Source of the DNA: a virus
Virus record (IMG/VR): IMGVR_UViG_3300011113_000123
Location: 1-64,000 of that record
DNA length: 64,000 nt
Reading direction: 5' to 3' (one strand)
Shown: positions 50,421 to 58,944 of the stretch, piece by piece
Position numbering within the stretch: the first letter of the stretch is position 1
Layout: the number at the start of each line of letters is the position of its first letter
The notes under the pieces: generated by a model
The model's input: the letters and a program-made list of their open reading frames with translations, nothing else
The model's database searches: none
Told to the model about the DNA's origin: nothing
Program-made: the position numbers and the translations under genes

Positions 50421-50953
50421 TGTATGATTTGCTAAAAGGTAACGATCCGCTCCTGAAGAGCGTGTGCCCAGAGTTCGATTTTGAACGTGGATATTTCGAT
50501 GAACAAAGTCTTGCCTTTAACGGAGAAGAGTTATACAATTATCTTCGTGATAAGATGATCGAGCATAAGGGCGTAGGTCTTTCTGCCCCTCAGCTTGGTA
50601 TCATGACTCGCGCGTTCGTGATTGGTAATCCGTCAGACCCAGACAACATCATTGGTATCTTTAATCCTATGATCGTTGACTATAGCGAAGAAACTGTAGT
50701 GTACGAAGAAGGATGTGTCAGCTATCCTGGTATGTTCATCAAGATCAAGCGCCCGCGTTCGATTCGCGTTCGCTATCGTAACTTCAACGGAGAAACTGTA
50801 ACTATTAAGTTCGATGGTTACACAGCGCGAGTGTTTCAGCACGAGTACGATCACCTAAATGGTATTACGTTCCAGCAACGAGCCAATCGTTATCATCTAG
50901 AGCAGGCTCAACGATTCAAAGACAGAGCAGACAGGAAGCTGAAAAGCGCATGA
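50417..50953 (+). CDS. def: Peptide deformylase
   Basis: GVGLSAPQLG, EGCVSYPG, QHEYDHLNG. Confidence 0.93.
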   Translation: MMYDLLKGNDPLLKSVCPEFDFERGYFDEQSLAFNGEELYNYLRDKMIEHKGVGLSAPQLGIMTRAFVIGNPSDPDNIIGIFNPMIVDYSEETVVYEEGCVSYPGMFIKIKRPRSIRVRYRNFNGETVTIKFDGYTARVFQHEYDHLNGITFQQRANRYHLEQAQRFKDRADRKLKSA

Positions 50954-52089
50954 GTAACTATCAGCCGTATACCGTAGAAGACGTGCGACGTTCATCGTCT
51001 CGCGAACTGTTCACTGTAATTTCAACGTTCGCTGGAGGCGGAGGATCTTCGACTGGGTATCGGCTTGCAGGCGGGAAAGTTGTCGCGATCAACGAGTTCG
51101 TTGAGGAAGCAGTAGCTACCTATTCGCGCAACTTTCCCGATACGAAAGTGATTCTTGGGGATATTAAGAACATCACCGGAACAGATCTACTCGCTGCAGG
51201 AAATTTGCATCCAGGCGATCTTGATATCCTTGACGGCTCTCCTCCTTGTTCCGCGTTTTCTTCGTCTGGTAAAGGTAAGAAGGGATGGAACAAGGAGAAG
51301 AAATACTCTGACGGAAAGGTCGTAAAGAACATTGAAGATCTATTCCTTGAATATATAAGGATAGCTGAAGATATCAGCCCTAAGGTAATCGTAGCAGAAA
51401 ACGTCGAGGGTATCACCGCTCGCGCTGCGATTGAAAAACTCAGAGAATTCGTAACAGGCTTCGAGCACGTTTCGCCCGGCTACCAAGTAGTCTATCAGGT
51501 GATGGATGCGTCGAAGTTTGGGGTGCCCCAGAGTCGTATGAGAACCTTCTTCGTGGGAGTTAGGAACGATGTGTTCGCGACTCTGGGGCTGGAGGAGTAT
51601 GAGCTCGCTAGACGAGTTTTTCCAGTACCCACTACGAGTGATGGCGTGTCGATTGGTAGCGCGATCGAAGGGATCGAGAACGATCCAGCAGAAGTTCAAA
51701 TGCTCCTGGACTTCTGCGAAACAAGTTTCCAAAAGAAGTTCGTGGAAACTATGCCATTCAATCCTCATAAGGTGTTGAAGCCAGGTCCTGTTAACGGCAA
51801 GACTTCTTGCTTTAACATGAAACGCCCCGCACCCAATCTTCCTTCTCCTACTCTCACACAGATGGGTCAGCAGCGTAGTGCCAGTGGCGTTATGCACTAT
51901 GCTGCGAATAGGAAGTTGACAATCAAAGAAATGAAGCGTATTATGAGTCTTCCTGATGACTACGAGCTGACTGGCACGTTCGATCAGCAGGCTGAACGTA
52001 TTGGTCGAATGGTTGCGCCGAAGATGATGTGCGCTCTAGCCACATCAATCTATGAAAACATCTTGAAACCATATGAGGAATTGCAATGA
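50950..52089 (+). CDS. C5-cytosine DNA methyltransferase-fold enzyme; candidate carboxymethyltransferase
   Basis: Motif I FAGGGG, IV GSPPC, VI ENV, VIII QSRMR; motif X reads IGRMVAP instead of IGN(S/A)V. Confidence 0.88.
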   Translation: MSNYQPYTVEDVRRSSSRELFTVISTFAGGGGSSTGYRLAGGKVVAINEFVEEAVATYSRNFPDTKVILGDIKNITGTDLLAAGNLHPGDLDILDGSPPCSAFSSSGKGKKGWNKEKKYSDGKVVKNIEDLFLEYIRIAEDISPKVIVAENVEGITARAAIEKLREFVTGFEHVSPGYQVVYQVMDASKFGVPQSRMRTFFVGVRNDVFATLGLEEYELARRVFPVPTTSDGVSIGSAIEGIENDPAEVQMLLDFCETSFQKKFVETMPFNPHKVLKPGPVNGKTSCFNMKRPAPNLPSPTLTQMGQQRSASGVMHYAANRKLTIKEMKRIMSLPDDYELTGTFDQQAERIGRMVAPKMMCALATSIYENILKPYEELQ

Positions 52090-52769
52090 CAGGTAAGTTC
52101 ACGTTCGCTACGCGCGAGGAAGGCTTCGACGAGCATATCGACACCTCGATTCGTGGATATGGTGATCTGTGGCGAGACGTAGTTGATATCTCGCAGTATT
52201 TCGTCGAAGATCAGACCATGGTCGTTGACATCGGTTGCTCGACTGGTAAGATGCTAAAGCATATGATCGCGCAGAACAAGTTCGCTCCCCTGGCTATGTA
52301 CGAAGGCGTTGAGATCGAACCTGAGTTCTGGAAGGATTACGACGAAGACGAACGCAACTGGAGTCAGCTCCAGTATCATAAGGGTAGCGTCCTTGACTAC
52401 GACTTCTACAACTGCTCGTACGTGACTAGCATTTTCACGTTGCAGTTCATGTCGTTCAAGGATAGGAAGCAAGTGTTCGAGCAGGTCCATAGAGGACTGT
52501 TGCCAGGCGGAGCGTTTGTGTTCGCAGAAAAAACTATGCCTGAGAGCGTTCGTATCCACGAGATTCGTACGTTCACCTACTACGACTTTAAGCGCAAAAC
52601 GTTTGCGTCTGACGATATCATGGATAAGGAACGTCAGCTTAGGCATATGACCAAGCCCAGCACTCGGCAGGAAATCGTCGATATGTGTCGGAACGCGGGC
52701 TTCACCGTAGTCGACTCGTTCTGGCAGAACCACGCTTTTACCGGCTTTATCGCTCTTAAGAATCCATAA
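52086..52769 (+). CDS. cmoA: CmoA-like carboxy-S-adenosylmethionine synthase
   Basis: FDEHIDTSIRGY, DIGCSTG, FTLQF, GLLPGGAFVFAEK, NAGF...FWQ..FTGFIALK resemble CmoA throughout. Confidence 0.78.
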   Translation: MTGKFTFATREEGFDEHIDTSIRGYGDLWRDVVDISQYFVEDQTMVVDIGCSTGKMLKHMIAQNKFAPLAMYEGVEIEPEFWKDYDEDERNWSQLQYHKGSVLDYDFYNCSYVTSIFTLQFMSFKDRKQVFEQVHRGLLPGGAFVFAEKTMPESVRIHEIRTFTYYDFKRKTFASDDIMDKERQLRHMTKPSTRQEIVDMCRNAGFTVVDSFWQNHAFTGFIALKNP

Positions 52770-52774
52770 AAGCC

Positions 52775-52803
52775 TTGACAATCGACCCCTAAGCGCGTAC
52801 AAT
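52775..52803 (+). promoter_or_regulatory. sigma70-type early promoter
   Basis: TTGACA-N17-TACAAT. Confidence 0.82.
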
Positions 52804-52829
52804 GAAAATTGTCAATGATGGAGTCGAAA

Positions 52830-53042
52830 ATGTTTAACGCTATAAAAATCGCTAAGTATAACTTCGTAGAAAACGCGCTTTTCTACTTTCATAATAAAGT
52901 AATCGACTATACGCTTACTACTAATAACGTAACTATACTTAAAATCCTTCTTAAGCTTCAGCGTTATATACTTGCTAAGGGGGTTTGTTACGAAAACTTT
53001 TACGAAACTTTCTACGATCATTACGAAGCTATCGAATACTGA
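52830..53042 (+). CDS. Hypothetical AT-rich early ORF
   Basis: GGAG SD before ATG; flanked by promoter and terminator; atypical composition. Confidence 0.45.
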   Translation: MFNAIKIAKYNFVENALFYFHNKVIDYTLTTNNVTILKILLKLQRYILAKGVCYENFYETFYDHYEAIEY

Positions 53043-53082
53043 TACAAAAAAGTTTCGCTAACGAAATCAGTGACTTAGCACT

Positions 53083-53113
53083 AACCCTCTGTTTTTACAG
53101 GGGGTTTATTTTT
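53083..53113 (+). terminator. Intrinsic terminator
   Basis: AACCCTCTGT-tttt-ACAGGGGGTT then TATTTTT. Confidence 0.75.
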
Positions 53114-53176
53114 GGAAGGTGCCATTGACAATCAGCCAGAAACCCCGTAGAATCAATATAGTGAATGGAGGCTGAT

Positions 53177-53239
53177 ATGGATAACTCGACCCAAGCTGAT
53201 TCGGCTGACTACGAAATCCCCTACGTCTCCCGCCGCTAA
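53177..53239 (+). CDS. 20-aa micro-ORF MDNSTQADSADYEIPYVSRR
   Basis: First ORF after strong promoter; GGAGG SD; not in ORF track. Confidence 0.4.
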   Translation: MDNSTQADSADYEIPYVSRR

Positions 53240-53253
53240 TCTGGAGCTTGACT

Positions 53254-53382
53254 ATGCACACTGAGGCTTTGCTTTACGCTTTCGCTCCCCTTATCGCCTA
53301 TGCTCTAGGCTCAGTTCTGACCCTCATCTGCTACAGCTACGCTATAAGAAAAAAGACCAAAAACGCCAAAAAGGGCCATTGA
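53254..53382 (+). CDS. 42-aa single-TM membrane peptide with basic tail
   Basis: GGAG SD; MHTEALLYAFAPLIAYALGSVLTLICYSYAIRKKTKNAKKGH. Confidence 0.5.
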   Translation: MHTEALLYAFAPLIAYALGSVLTLICYSYAIRKKTKNAKKGH

Positions 53383-53429
53383 CAATCAACCAGGAACCCC
53401 GTAGAATCAATATAGTGAATGGAGCCAAC

Positions 53430-53636
53430 ATGAAACTGATTCTTTCTTATGGGGAAATCCCTGATGTGGAAATCGAAGGAAACTTCGACTTCGACTCTGC
53501 GCTTGCATACATCGAAATGCTTGAGAATCAGGAAAATCCTGAAATCGAAGGAGCTGAAGTGCTTCTCAGAGATGGAGTCGACGAATGGTTCCTTGACTCT
53601 GACGAAAACTCGCTCTACTGGTCTAAGATTGTCTAA
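53430..53636 (+). CDS. Small acidic early protein
   Basis: GGAG SD in promoter cassette copy 2; very D/E-rich. Confidence 0.65.
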   Translation: MKLILSYGEIPDVEIEGNFDFDSALAYIEMLENQENPEIEGAEVLLRDGVDEWFLDSDENSLYWSKIV

Positions 53637-53649
53637 CAGGAGCTGACCG

Positions 53650-53859
53650 ATGGTAAACGTGGAAAAGGTGTCCAAGTTCTTAAAAGAATGGTTCGACGAT
53701 GCCGACAAGGTTGAGTATCACAATGTTGCTGGCGGCTATTGGGACGTGATATACTATGATGGCGACGACGTTCGCGTCGAGGCGTACAAGTTCGTGGATG
53801 GGAAGTTGAAAAACTTTTCTTCCATGGTGTACGGGGAAGACATGTACGAAGAAGAATGA
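53650..53859 (+). CDS. Small acidic early protein
   Basis: AGGAG SD; D/E/Y-rich. Confidence 0.65.
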   Translation: MVNVEKVSKFLKEWFDDADKVEYHNVAGGYWDVIYYDGDDVRVEAYKFVDGKLKNFSSMVYGEDMYEEE

Positions 53860-53874
53860 GACTGGAGATGTGCT

Positions 53875-54084
53875 ATGGTTGAACAGATTACCCACGTTGT
53901 CGAATTCAGCTATTGGTATCGCTGCAACTACGGAATGGAGCTAGGTTCCAACGAAAGGAATTTCGTCAGTGAGTCTGCGGCCGATGAGTACGCGGATTAT
54001 CTGATGAAGAACCACGAAGTGGTATCAGTTCGTGTCGTCAAGCTCGATAAGCCGTTCATGGCTGGCTCTCAGTTCGAGGAGTAA
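53875..54084 (+). CDS. Small early hypothetical protein
   Basis: GGAG SD; in early operon. Confidence 0.6.
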   Translation: MVEQITHVVEFSYWYRCNYGMELGSNERNFVSESAADEYADYLMKNHEVVSVRVVKLDKPFMAGSQFEE

Positions 54085-54088
54085 TGCG

Positions 54089-54262
54089 ATGATTAAGCTC
54101 AACGATCGCGTTCAATATATCAAAAGCATCGAGTGGGGCCCAGCGACTGGCGATACTGGCGTTGTGATACACGTCTTCAGCGACGGAACGTTTCTGGTTC
54201 GTGTTGACGGTGCGCCTGGCGCCTACTGCACTCATCGTCGTGAAGTTGCTGTTATTAAGTGA
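54089..54262 (+). CDS. Small SH3/KOW-like early protein
   Basis: GAGGAG SD; IKLNDRV...GDTGVV...FLVRVD pattern. Confidence 0.55.
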   Translation: MIKLNDRVQYIKSIEWGPATGDTGVVIHVFSDGTFLVRVDGAPGAYCTHRREVAVIK

Positions 54263-54360
54263 AGGACAGTAGCGATGACTGAATTCTTTCAAGACGCATA
54301 AGTTCATGACTGGTCCTATGTTCGGTTGTGTTAAGTTTCAATCTAGGGGATGAAGTGACA

Positions 54361-54597
54361 ATGTTCGTATTCGTGTTTGAGGATGTACTGATCGACTACT
54401 CTGCTGGTATGGCAGTGATTGTTGCTAATGATCTTCAGCGCGCTCAGAAAATGGCTTATGAAAAGTTTGGTGTTCGTGAGTCGTATGAACAGTTCATGGC
54501 TTCCGAAGATGGGGCGGGTTTTGCAAAGCCTACTGCTGAGTTCCGCACTGATGACTTCGAAGAAGAGCAGATTAAGTATGTGTATGGTGGAGGTTGA
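54361..54597 (+). CDS. Early hypothetical protein
   Basis: In early operon; ends YVYGGG. Confidence 0.55.
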   Translation: MFVFVFEDVLIDYSAGMAVIVANDLQRAQKMAYEKFGVRESYEQFMASEDGAGFAKPTAEFRTDDFEEEQIKYVYGGG

Positions 54598-54598
54598 T

Positions 54599-54796
54599 AT
54601 GACTGTGAAGTATCGTATTCAACTTGTAGAATCCGAGCGTGGATGGGGTCAGGAATACTGGTCTGAAGAGTATGACACGTTCGAAGAAGCGAAGGAACGT
54701 ATCAAAGACGTCAATTCTAAGAACATCGGCGCAACCGTTCCTGGTTGGTATATGCAAGCCGAAGAAACGATTGAAGCCGTCGAGGCTGAAAGATAA
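54599..54796 (+). CDS. Early hypothetical protein
   Basis: GGAGG SD; ESERGWGQ motif. Confidence 0.6.
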   Translation: MTVKYRIQLVESERGWGQEYWSEEYDTFEEAKERIKDVNSKNIGATVPGWYMQAEETIEAVEAER

Positions 54797-54799
54797 CCC

Positions 54800-54828
54800 T
54801 TGACAACTATCCGCCAGCGTAGTACAAT
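54800..54828 (+). promoter_or_regulatory. sigma70-type early promoter
   Basis: TTGACA-N17-TACAAT. Confidence 0.82.
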
Positions 54829-54852
54829 TATTAAATGATGAAGGAGAGAACT

Positions 54853-57156
54853 ATGGCTGAACAGAAAACTGTAACTCCTGGCGGATCGCTCGATAAGCTC
54901 GCGAAGCTCCTCGCGGCTGAGAACATTATGGTTGAGCATAAGCCCATCAAGACGGCTTACTTCGACGTGAAGAATCGCGTTCTAGCCCTTCCTATGTGGA
55001 AGGAGATGACTGAGTCGCTCTATCACATGCTCGTCCTCCACGAGGTCGGTCATGCGCTGGATACGCCCGCTGACGGCTGGAAGGGTGCAATCGACAAGGT
55101 CAAGGAAGAAGAGAAATCTTCGTTCGTGGCTCAGACGTTTCAGGGCTACCTCAACGTCGTCGAAGACGCGCGCATTGAGCGTAAAATCAAAGCCAAGTTT
55201 CCTGGCTCGCGTAAGGATTTCGTCGACGGCTACAACTGGCTGCACGACCAAGACTTCTTCTCGATCAAGAACGAGAACATCGACAATCTGTCGCTGATTG
55301 ATCGTATCAATCTCTATTTCAAGCTCGGTACGCGCCTTCGTCTCAAGTTCACTGACGAAGAGCGAGTGTTCGTTCGTCGCGCTGAGCAGACTATCACGTT
55401 CGACGACGTGATCAAGTTGGCTGAGGATATCTTGGCTTACGCTAAGAAGAAGCGCGAAGAAGAGAACGAGCAGGAAGAGAATAGCTTCACTATCGCTATG
55501 GAAGGCGAAGACGGCGAAGAGTCTGACGACTTCGACGATTTTGACGAAGACGAGGCTGACGACTCTGACGACGAGAGCGGCAACCAGCGTTCGTCGAAGG
55601 GTGAAGGTGATATCCAGGACGACTCTGGCGGTGGTCGTAAGGGTGGGAGTTCTTCGAAGCCTGTTGATGAGGCTAAGACTGACTCTGCGATGAACGATCG
55701 TATGGAAGAGCTGCTCGACGAGAAAGTGTCGGGGCGTTCTTTCACCTACATCATGTACCCTAAGGATATCACGCACGAGGAGTTCGTCGTTCCTTACAAG
55801 ACCGTTCTTCAGCTCGTCGAGGGTGATTTCAATAAATGCTCCGACAAGGCTAAGGTTGTCGAGTATCGTAACTGGCTGGCCAATCGTTTCCGTGCGGAAA
55901 ACAACACGGCTATCAACTATATGGTCAAAGAGTTCGAGATGAAGAAGGCTGCTGTCGCATACTCGCGCAGCAAGCAGGCTAAGACTGGCGTCATCGATAC
56001 GAACAAGCTGCACGGCTATAAGTTCAATGATGATATCTTTAAGCGCCTGACGATTGAGCCGACTGGCAAGAACCATGGCGTCGTTGTTATCCTCGACATG
56101 TCTGGTTCTATGACTACCAACTACAAGGGCGCGATGGATCAGTTGATTTGTCTGGCTATGTTCTGTCGTCGTGTTGGTATTCCTCATCGTATCTATGGGT
56201 TTACCCAGGTTACGGATGACTTCAATAAGTTCGACAAGACGAGACGTCTTAAGAAGACGGAGATGTTTGCGCGTATCTCGCGTCGTGTTGGTGATAAGAG
56301 CTTCATATTCCCTGACATGGACTTTGATCTCGTAGAGTTCTTCCACGAGTCGATGTCGCTCAAGGAATTCAACACCATGGTTGGTACCTTGCTGCTTTCA
56401 GCCAAGATGCAGCATAGGCACCTTAGTGATGATTTCCTTGGAAAAACGCCACTCTCTGAGTTCCTTTCTCGCAACGTGAAAGATTATCATTACGGCTTCC
56501 TGCATTTCCTTCAGCTGGGTGGTACTCCGCTGAACGATGCGATCCTTGTATCTCGTGATCTGTTGGCTAAGTTCCGCAAGGAAAAGAACATTCAGATCAT
56601 GAACTTCGTGTGCATCACTGACGGCGAAAGTAATGGCTCGTCCTACTACAGACCGAGCCGGCATCCTGATTCTCTCCATAAGGAAGAGAATCTTGCATGT
56701 CGCTCTAACAAGTATGACAAGAATACGAATATCTTCATTGACGAAGAGAGCCGTATTCAAACCATGATCCAGTTCCAAGAGAACTACCAGATCACGGCTA
56801 TGTTTGCTCGTACCGTGAGCAAGTCGCAGAACACGACGTTCGTTGGCTTCTATATCGTCAATGGTACCTATGATGTTCGTGGTGTCGCCTATCGATATGC
56901 TCTTAATAACATGATTGAAGAGTTCATGGCTAAGTGGAAGAAGAGCAAGGGCGAGATCGCTGTCGATGGCATGCTCAACTTCGATGTGTTCTACATCATC
57001 TTGGGCGGAAGGAATCTCGAAGCCCAGCAGACTACGTTCGAAGAAGCCAAAGACTTGAAGAAGGGTCAGTTAGCCAGAGCTTTCATCACAGCTCAGACCA
57101 AACGCGGCGCTTCCCGCACTGTTCTTGGCAAATTCATCGAGAAGATCGCGGCTTGA
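54853..57156 (+). CDS. Metallopeptidase-like + VWA domain protein (CobT-like partner of MoxR AAA)
   Basis: LHEVGHAL (HExxH), NVVEDARIE, acidic linker, MIDAS DMSGS, GGTPL, ITDGE. Confidence 0.85.
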   Translation: MAEQKTVTPGGSLDKLAKLLAAENIMVEHKPIKTAYFDVKNRVLALPMWKEMTESLYHMLVLHEVGHALDTPADGWKGAIDKVKEEEKSSFVAQTFQGYLNVVEDARIERKIKAKFPGSRKDFVDGYNWLHDQDFFSIKNENIDNLSLIDRINLYFKLGTRLRLKFTDEERVFVRRAEQTITFDDVIKLAEDILAYAKKKREEENEQEENSFTIAMEGEDGEESDDFDDFDEDEADDSDDESGNQRSSKGEGDIQDDSGGGRKGGSSSKPVDEAKTDSAMNDRMEELLDEKVSGRSFTYIMYPKDITHEEFVVPYKTVLQLVEGDFNKCSDKAKVVEYRNWLANRFRAENNTAINYMVKEFEMKKAAVAYSRSKQAKTGVIDTNKLHGYKFNDDIFKRLTIEPTGKNHGVVVILDMSGSMTTNYKGAMDQLICLAMFCRRVGIPHRIYGFTQVTDDFNKFDKTRRLKKTEMFARISRRVGDKSFIFPDMDFDLVEFFHESMSLKEFNTMVGTLLLSAKMQHRHLSDDFLGKTPLSEFLSRNVKDYHYGFLHFLQLGGTPLNDAILVSRDLLAKFRKEKNIQIMNFVCITDGESNGSSYYRPSRHPDSLHKEENLACRSNKYDKNTNIFIDEESRIQTMIQFQENYQITAMFARTVSKSQNTTFVGFYIVNGTYDVRGVAYRYALNNMIEEFMAKWKKSKGEIAVDGMLNFDVFYIILGGRNLEAQQTTFEEAKDLKKGQLARAFITAQTKRGASRTVLGKFIEKIAA

Positions 57157-57181
57157 CAACGAGCCGCGACCCCTATATACT
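57153..57181 (+). promoter_or_regulatory. sigma70-type early promoter
   Basis: TTGACA-N17-TATACT. Confidence 0.75.
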
Positions 57182-57209
57182 AAGTCTAATGGTTAGAGGA
57201 GATGGGCTA

Positions 57210-57389
57210 ATGCGTCGCATGCGTTTCAAGGTATCATATACCCTCAAGAACGAAAACAAGCTGCTGGAAGACTATTCCCTCGGGTTTAACGAATTGCGTC
57301 TTGCCATTGTCTTCATGAAGCAGCTCGCGAATGTTGATGGCTTTCTTGGCGGAAAGCTGGTTGGCAAACCGACCATCGAAAGAATGTGA
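57210..57389 (+). CDS. Small hypothetical protein
   Basis: GAGGAG SD downstream of promoter; MRRMRFKVSYTLK.. Confidence 0.5.
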   Translation: MRRMRFKVSYTLKNENKLLEDYSLGFNELRLAIVFMKQLANVDGFLGGKLVGKPTIERM

Positions 57390-57390
57390 C

Positions 57391-57419
57391 TTGACAACCA
57401 CGCGCCAACGTGATACAAT
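57391..57419 (+). promoter_or_regulatory. sigma70-type early promoter
   Basis: TTGACA-N17-TACAAT with extended -10 TG. Confidence 0.82.
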
Positions 57420-57439
57420 ATGTTATATGATGAAGAAAG

Positions 57440-58636
57440 GTGAATGTGATGCTCAAGGCTAATCAACTCAAGTTCCTCGAACTCGCTACTGAAAAGTTTG
57501 GCGTAGAAGCTGTTGTTCCTGTCTCAGAGCTCGTTGCTCTGGCAGAATCTAACGGTATGGCAAACGCTGATCATCATTGGCTTTATAAGTCAACGTATCG
57601 CGCTGGGCGTGCTCAGTATCGTTTGCCGCGCCATGAAGCTGATACTACTTCGCTGGCGGCTATGGCTGCTGACATTGTTCCTATTCGTCGTGAGTCGCCT
57701 GTGGCTAAGAAGTTCGATCCGAACGTTGTTTCCGAGCACGAGTATGCGCAGATTCCTGCTAAGGATAAGCACTACGTTGCGTTTGGCGAATTCAAGATGA
57801 TCGAGAAGATCATCAGCTCTGCCAAGTTTTTCCCTGTGTTCATTTCTGGTCATTCCGGCAACGGTAAGACCTTCATGGTCGAGCAGGTTTGCGCCAAGGT
57901 CAAGCGCCCGATGATTCGCGTACAGATGTCGCGCGAGACTGACGAAGACGATCTCATTGGCGGCTTCCGTCTCATCGAAGGTGAGACTAAGTTCATGAAG
58001 GGCCCAGTGCTTCGTGCTATGGAGCTTGGTGCGATTCTGCTCATCGACGAGGCTGACCGTGCTGATCCTGGTAAGGCTATGTGCTTGCAGGGTATCCTCG
58101 AAGGTAAGCCGTACTACATGAAGAAGACTGGCGAGATCGTTACCGCGGCTCCTGGCTTCAACGTGATTGTTACTGCGAACACCAAGGGTCGTGGCTCTGA
58201 CGATGGTCGCTATGTTGCGGCTACCATGCTCGACGATGCGTGGCTTGAGCGTTTCCCGATCACCATTGAGCAGGAGTATCCTGCGCCTTCGATTGAGAAA
58301 AAGATCTTGACAAACTATCTGTCCGATGATACAATGACTGATGATGATAAGTCATTCGTTGAACATCTTGTTGTCTGGTCCGAGATTATCCGCAAGACTT
58401 TCACTGAAGGTGCGATTGACGAGCTCATTTCTACTCGTCGCCTTGTTCACATCGCACAGACTTATCGTATGCTTGGCGATCGCATGAAGGCTATTCGCCT
58501 GTGCATTAACCGTTTCGACGAAGAGACGAAGACTGCGTTCCTCGATCTCTATTCTAAGGTTGATCCTACCATCAACCCCGTCCCCGAGACTCCTGCTGTA
58601 GTTGCAGCGGAGAACAGTCAGGAAATTGCTTTCTGA
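57440..58636 (+). CDS. cobS: MoxR/CobS-like AAA+ ATPase
   Basis: GHSGNGKT, TDEDDLIGG, LLIDEAD, TANTKGRG, LERF, ISTRRLVHI. Confidence 0.88.
   Translation: MNVMLKANQLKFLELATEKFGVEAVVPVSELVALAESNGMANADHHWLYKSTYRAGRAQYRLPRHEADTTSLAAMAADIVPIRRESPVAKKFDPNVVSEHEYAQIPAKDKHYVAFGEFKMIEKIISSAKFFPVFISGHSGNGKTFMVEQVCAKVKRPMIRVQMSRETDEDDLIGGFRLIEGETKFMKGPVLRAMELGAILLIDEADRADPGKAMCLQGILEGKPYYMKKTGEIVTAAPGFNVIVTANTKGRGSDDGRYVAATMLDDAWLERFPITIEQEYPAPSIEKKILTNYLSDDTMTDDDKSFVEHLVVWSEIIRKTFTEGAIDELISTRRLVHIAQTYRMLGDRMKAIRLCINRFDEETKTAFLDLYSKVDPTINPVPETPAVVAAENSQEIAF
58307..58335 (+). promoter_or_regulatory. Intragenic sigma70-type promoter inside the AAA gene
   Basis: TTGACA-N17-TACAAT with extended -10 TG. 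Confidence 0.6.
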
Positions 58637-58668
58637 CTGTAATCTAAACCAAACTGGAGTATGACTAT

Positions 58669-58935
58669 ATGACTAAGACTGATTCTGTTCTCACTGCCCT
58701 CAAGAACGGTGAAGAGCTGACAGCCGCACAGATCAAGGCTCGCTTCTCTGTCGGCAATCCGCATGAGGTGATTCGTACGCTGCGCGAGCGTGGCTATGCA
58801 GTCTATCTCAACGAGCGCACCAACTCGAAGGGTGAGGTCACTCATAAGTACCGCCTCGGTACGCCTTCTCGTCAGATGGTTGCTCTGGCGTATGCTGTTA
58901 TGGGTAACGAAGTCTTCGTTCGCGAAGCTGCGTGA
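58669..58935 (+). CDS. Small winged-HTH DNA-binding protein
   Basis: VLTALKNGEELTAAQIKARFSVGNP..VIRTLRERGY.VY.N...KYRLG. Confidence 0.7.
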   Translation: MTKTDSVLTALKNGEELTAAQIKARFSVGNPHEVIRTLRERGYAVYLNERTNSKGEVTHKYRLGTPSRQMVALAYAVMGNEVFVREAA

Positions 58936-58944
58936 TGCTATATA

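Larger units (their letters stand above)
53121..53424 (+). repeat. Duplicated 50-bp promoter + SD cassette (53121-53170 and 53375-53424)
   Basis: gccaTTGACAatcaRccagRaaccccgTAGAATcaatatagtgaatGGAG, 48/50 identical. Confidence 0.9.

Noticed and set aside
52086-52769. cmoA as an ordinary tRNA cmo5U modification gene
   Set aside because: No cmoB or tRNA genes seen, and it is coupled to a DNA C5-MTase with a basic motif-X residue; disfavoured but not excluded
52787-52815. Second antisense sigma70 promoter (minus-strand TTGACA at 52815-52810)
   Set aside because: No -10 element at 17-nt spacing (reads TTAGGG)
54982-56346. 454-aa minus-strand ORF (also 59304..60152, 49817..50398, 21180..21788 and plus-strand 18447..19088)
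   Set aside because: Antisense to well-supported genes; explained by codon bias; no recognisable motifs
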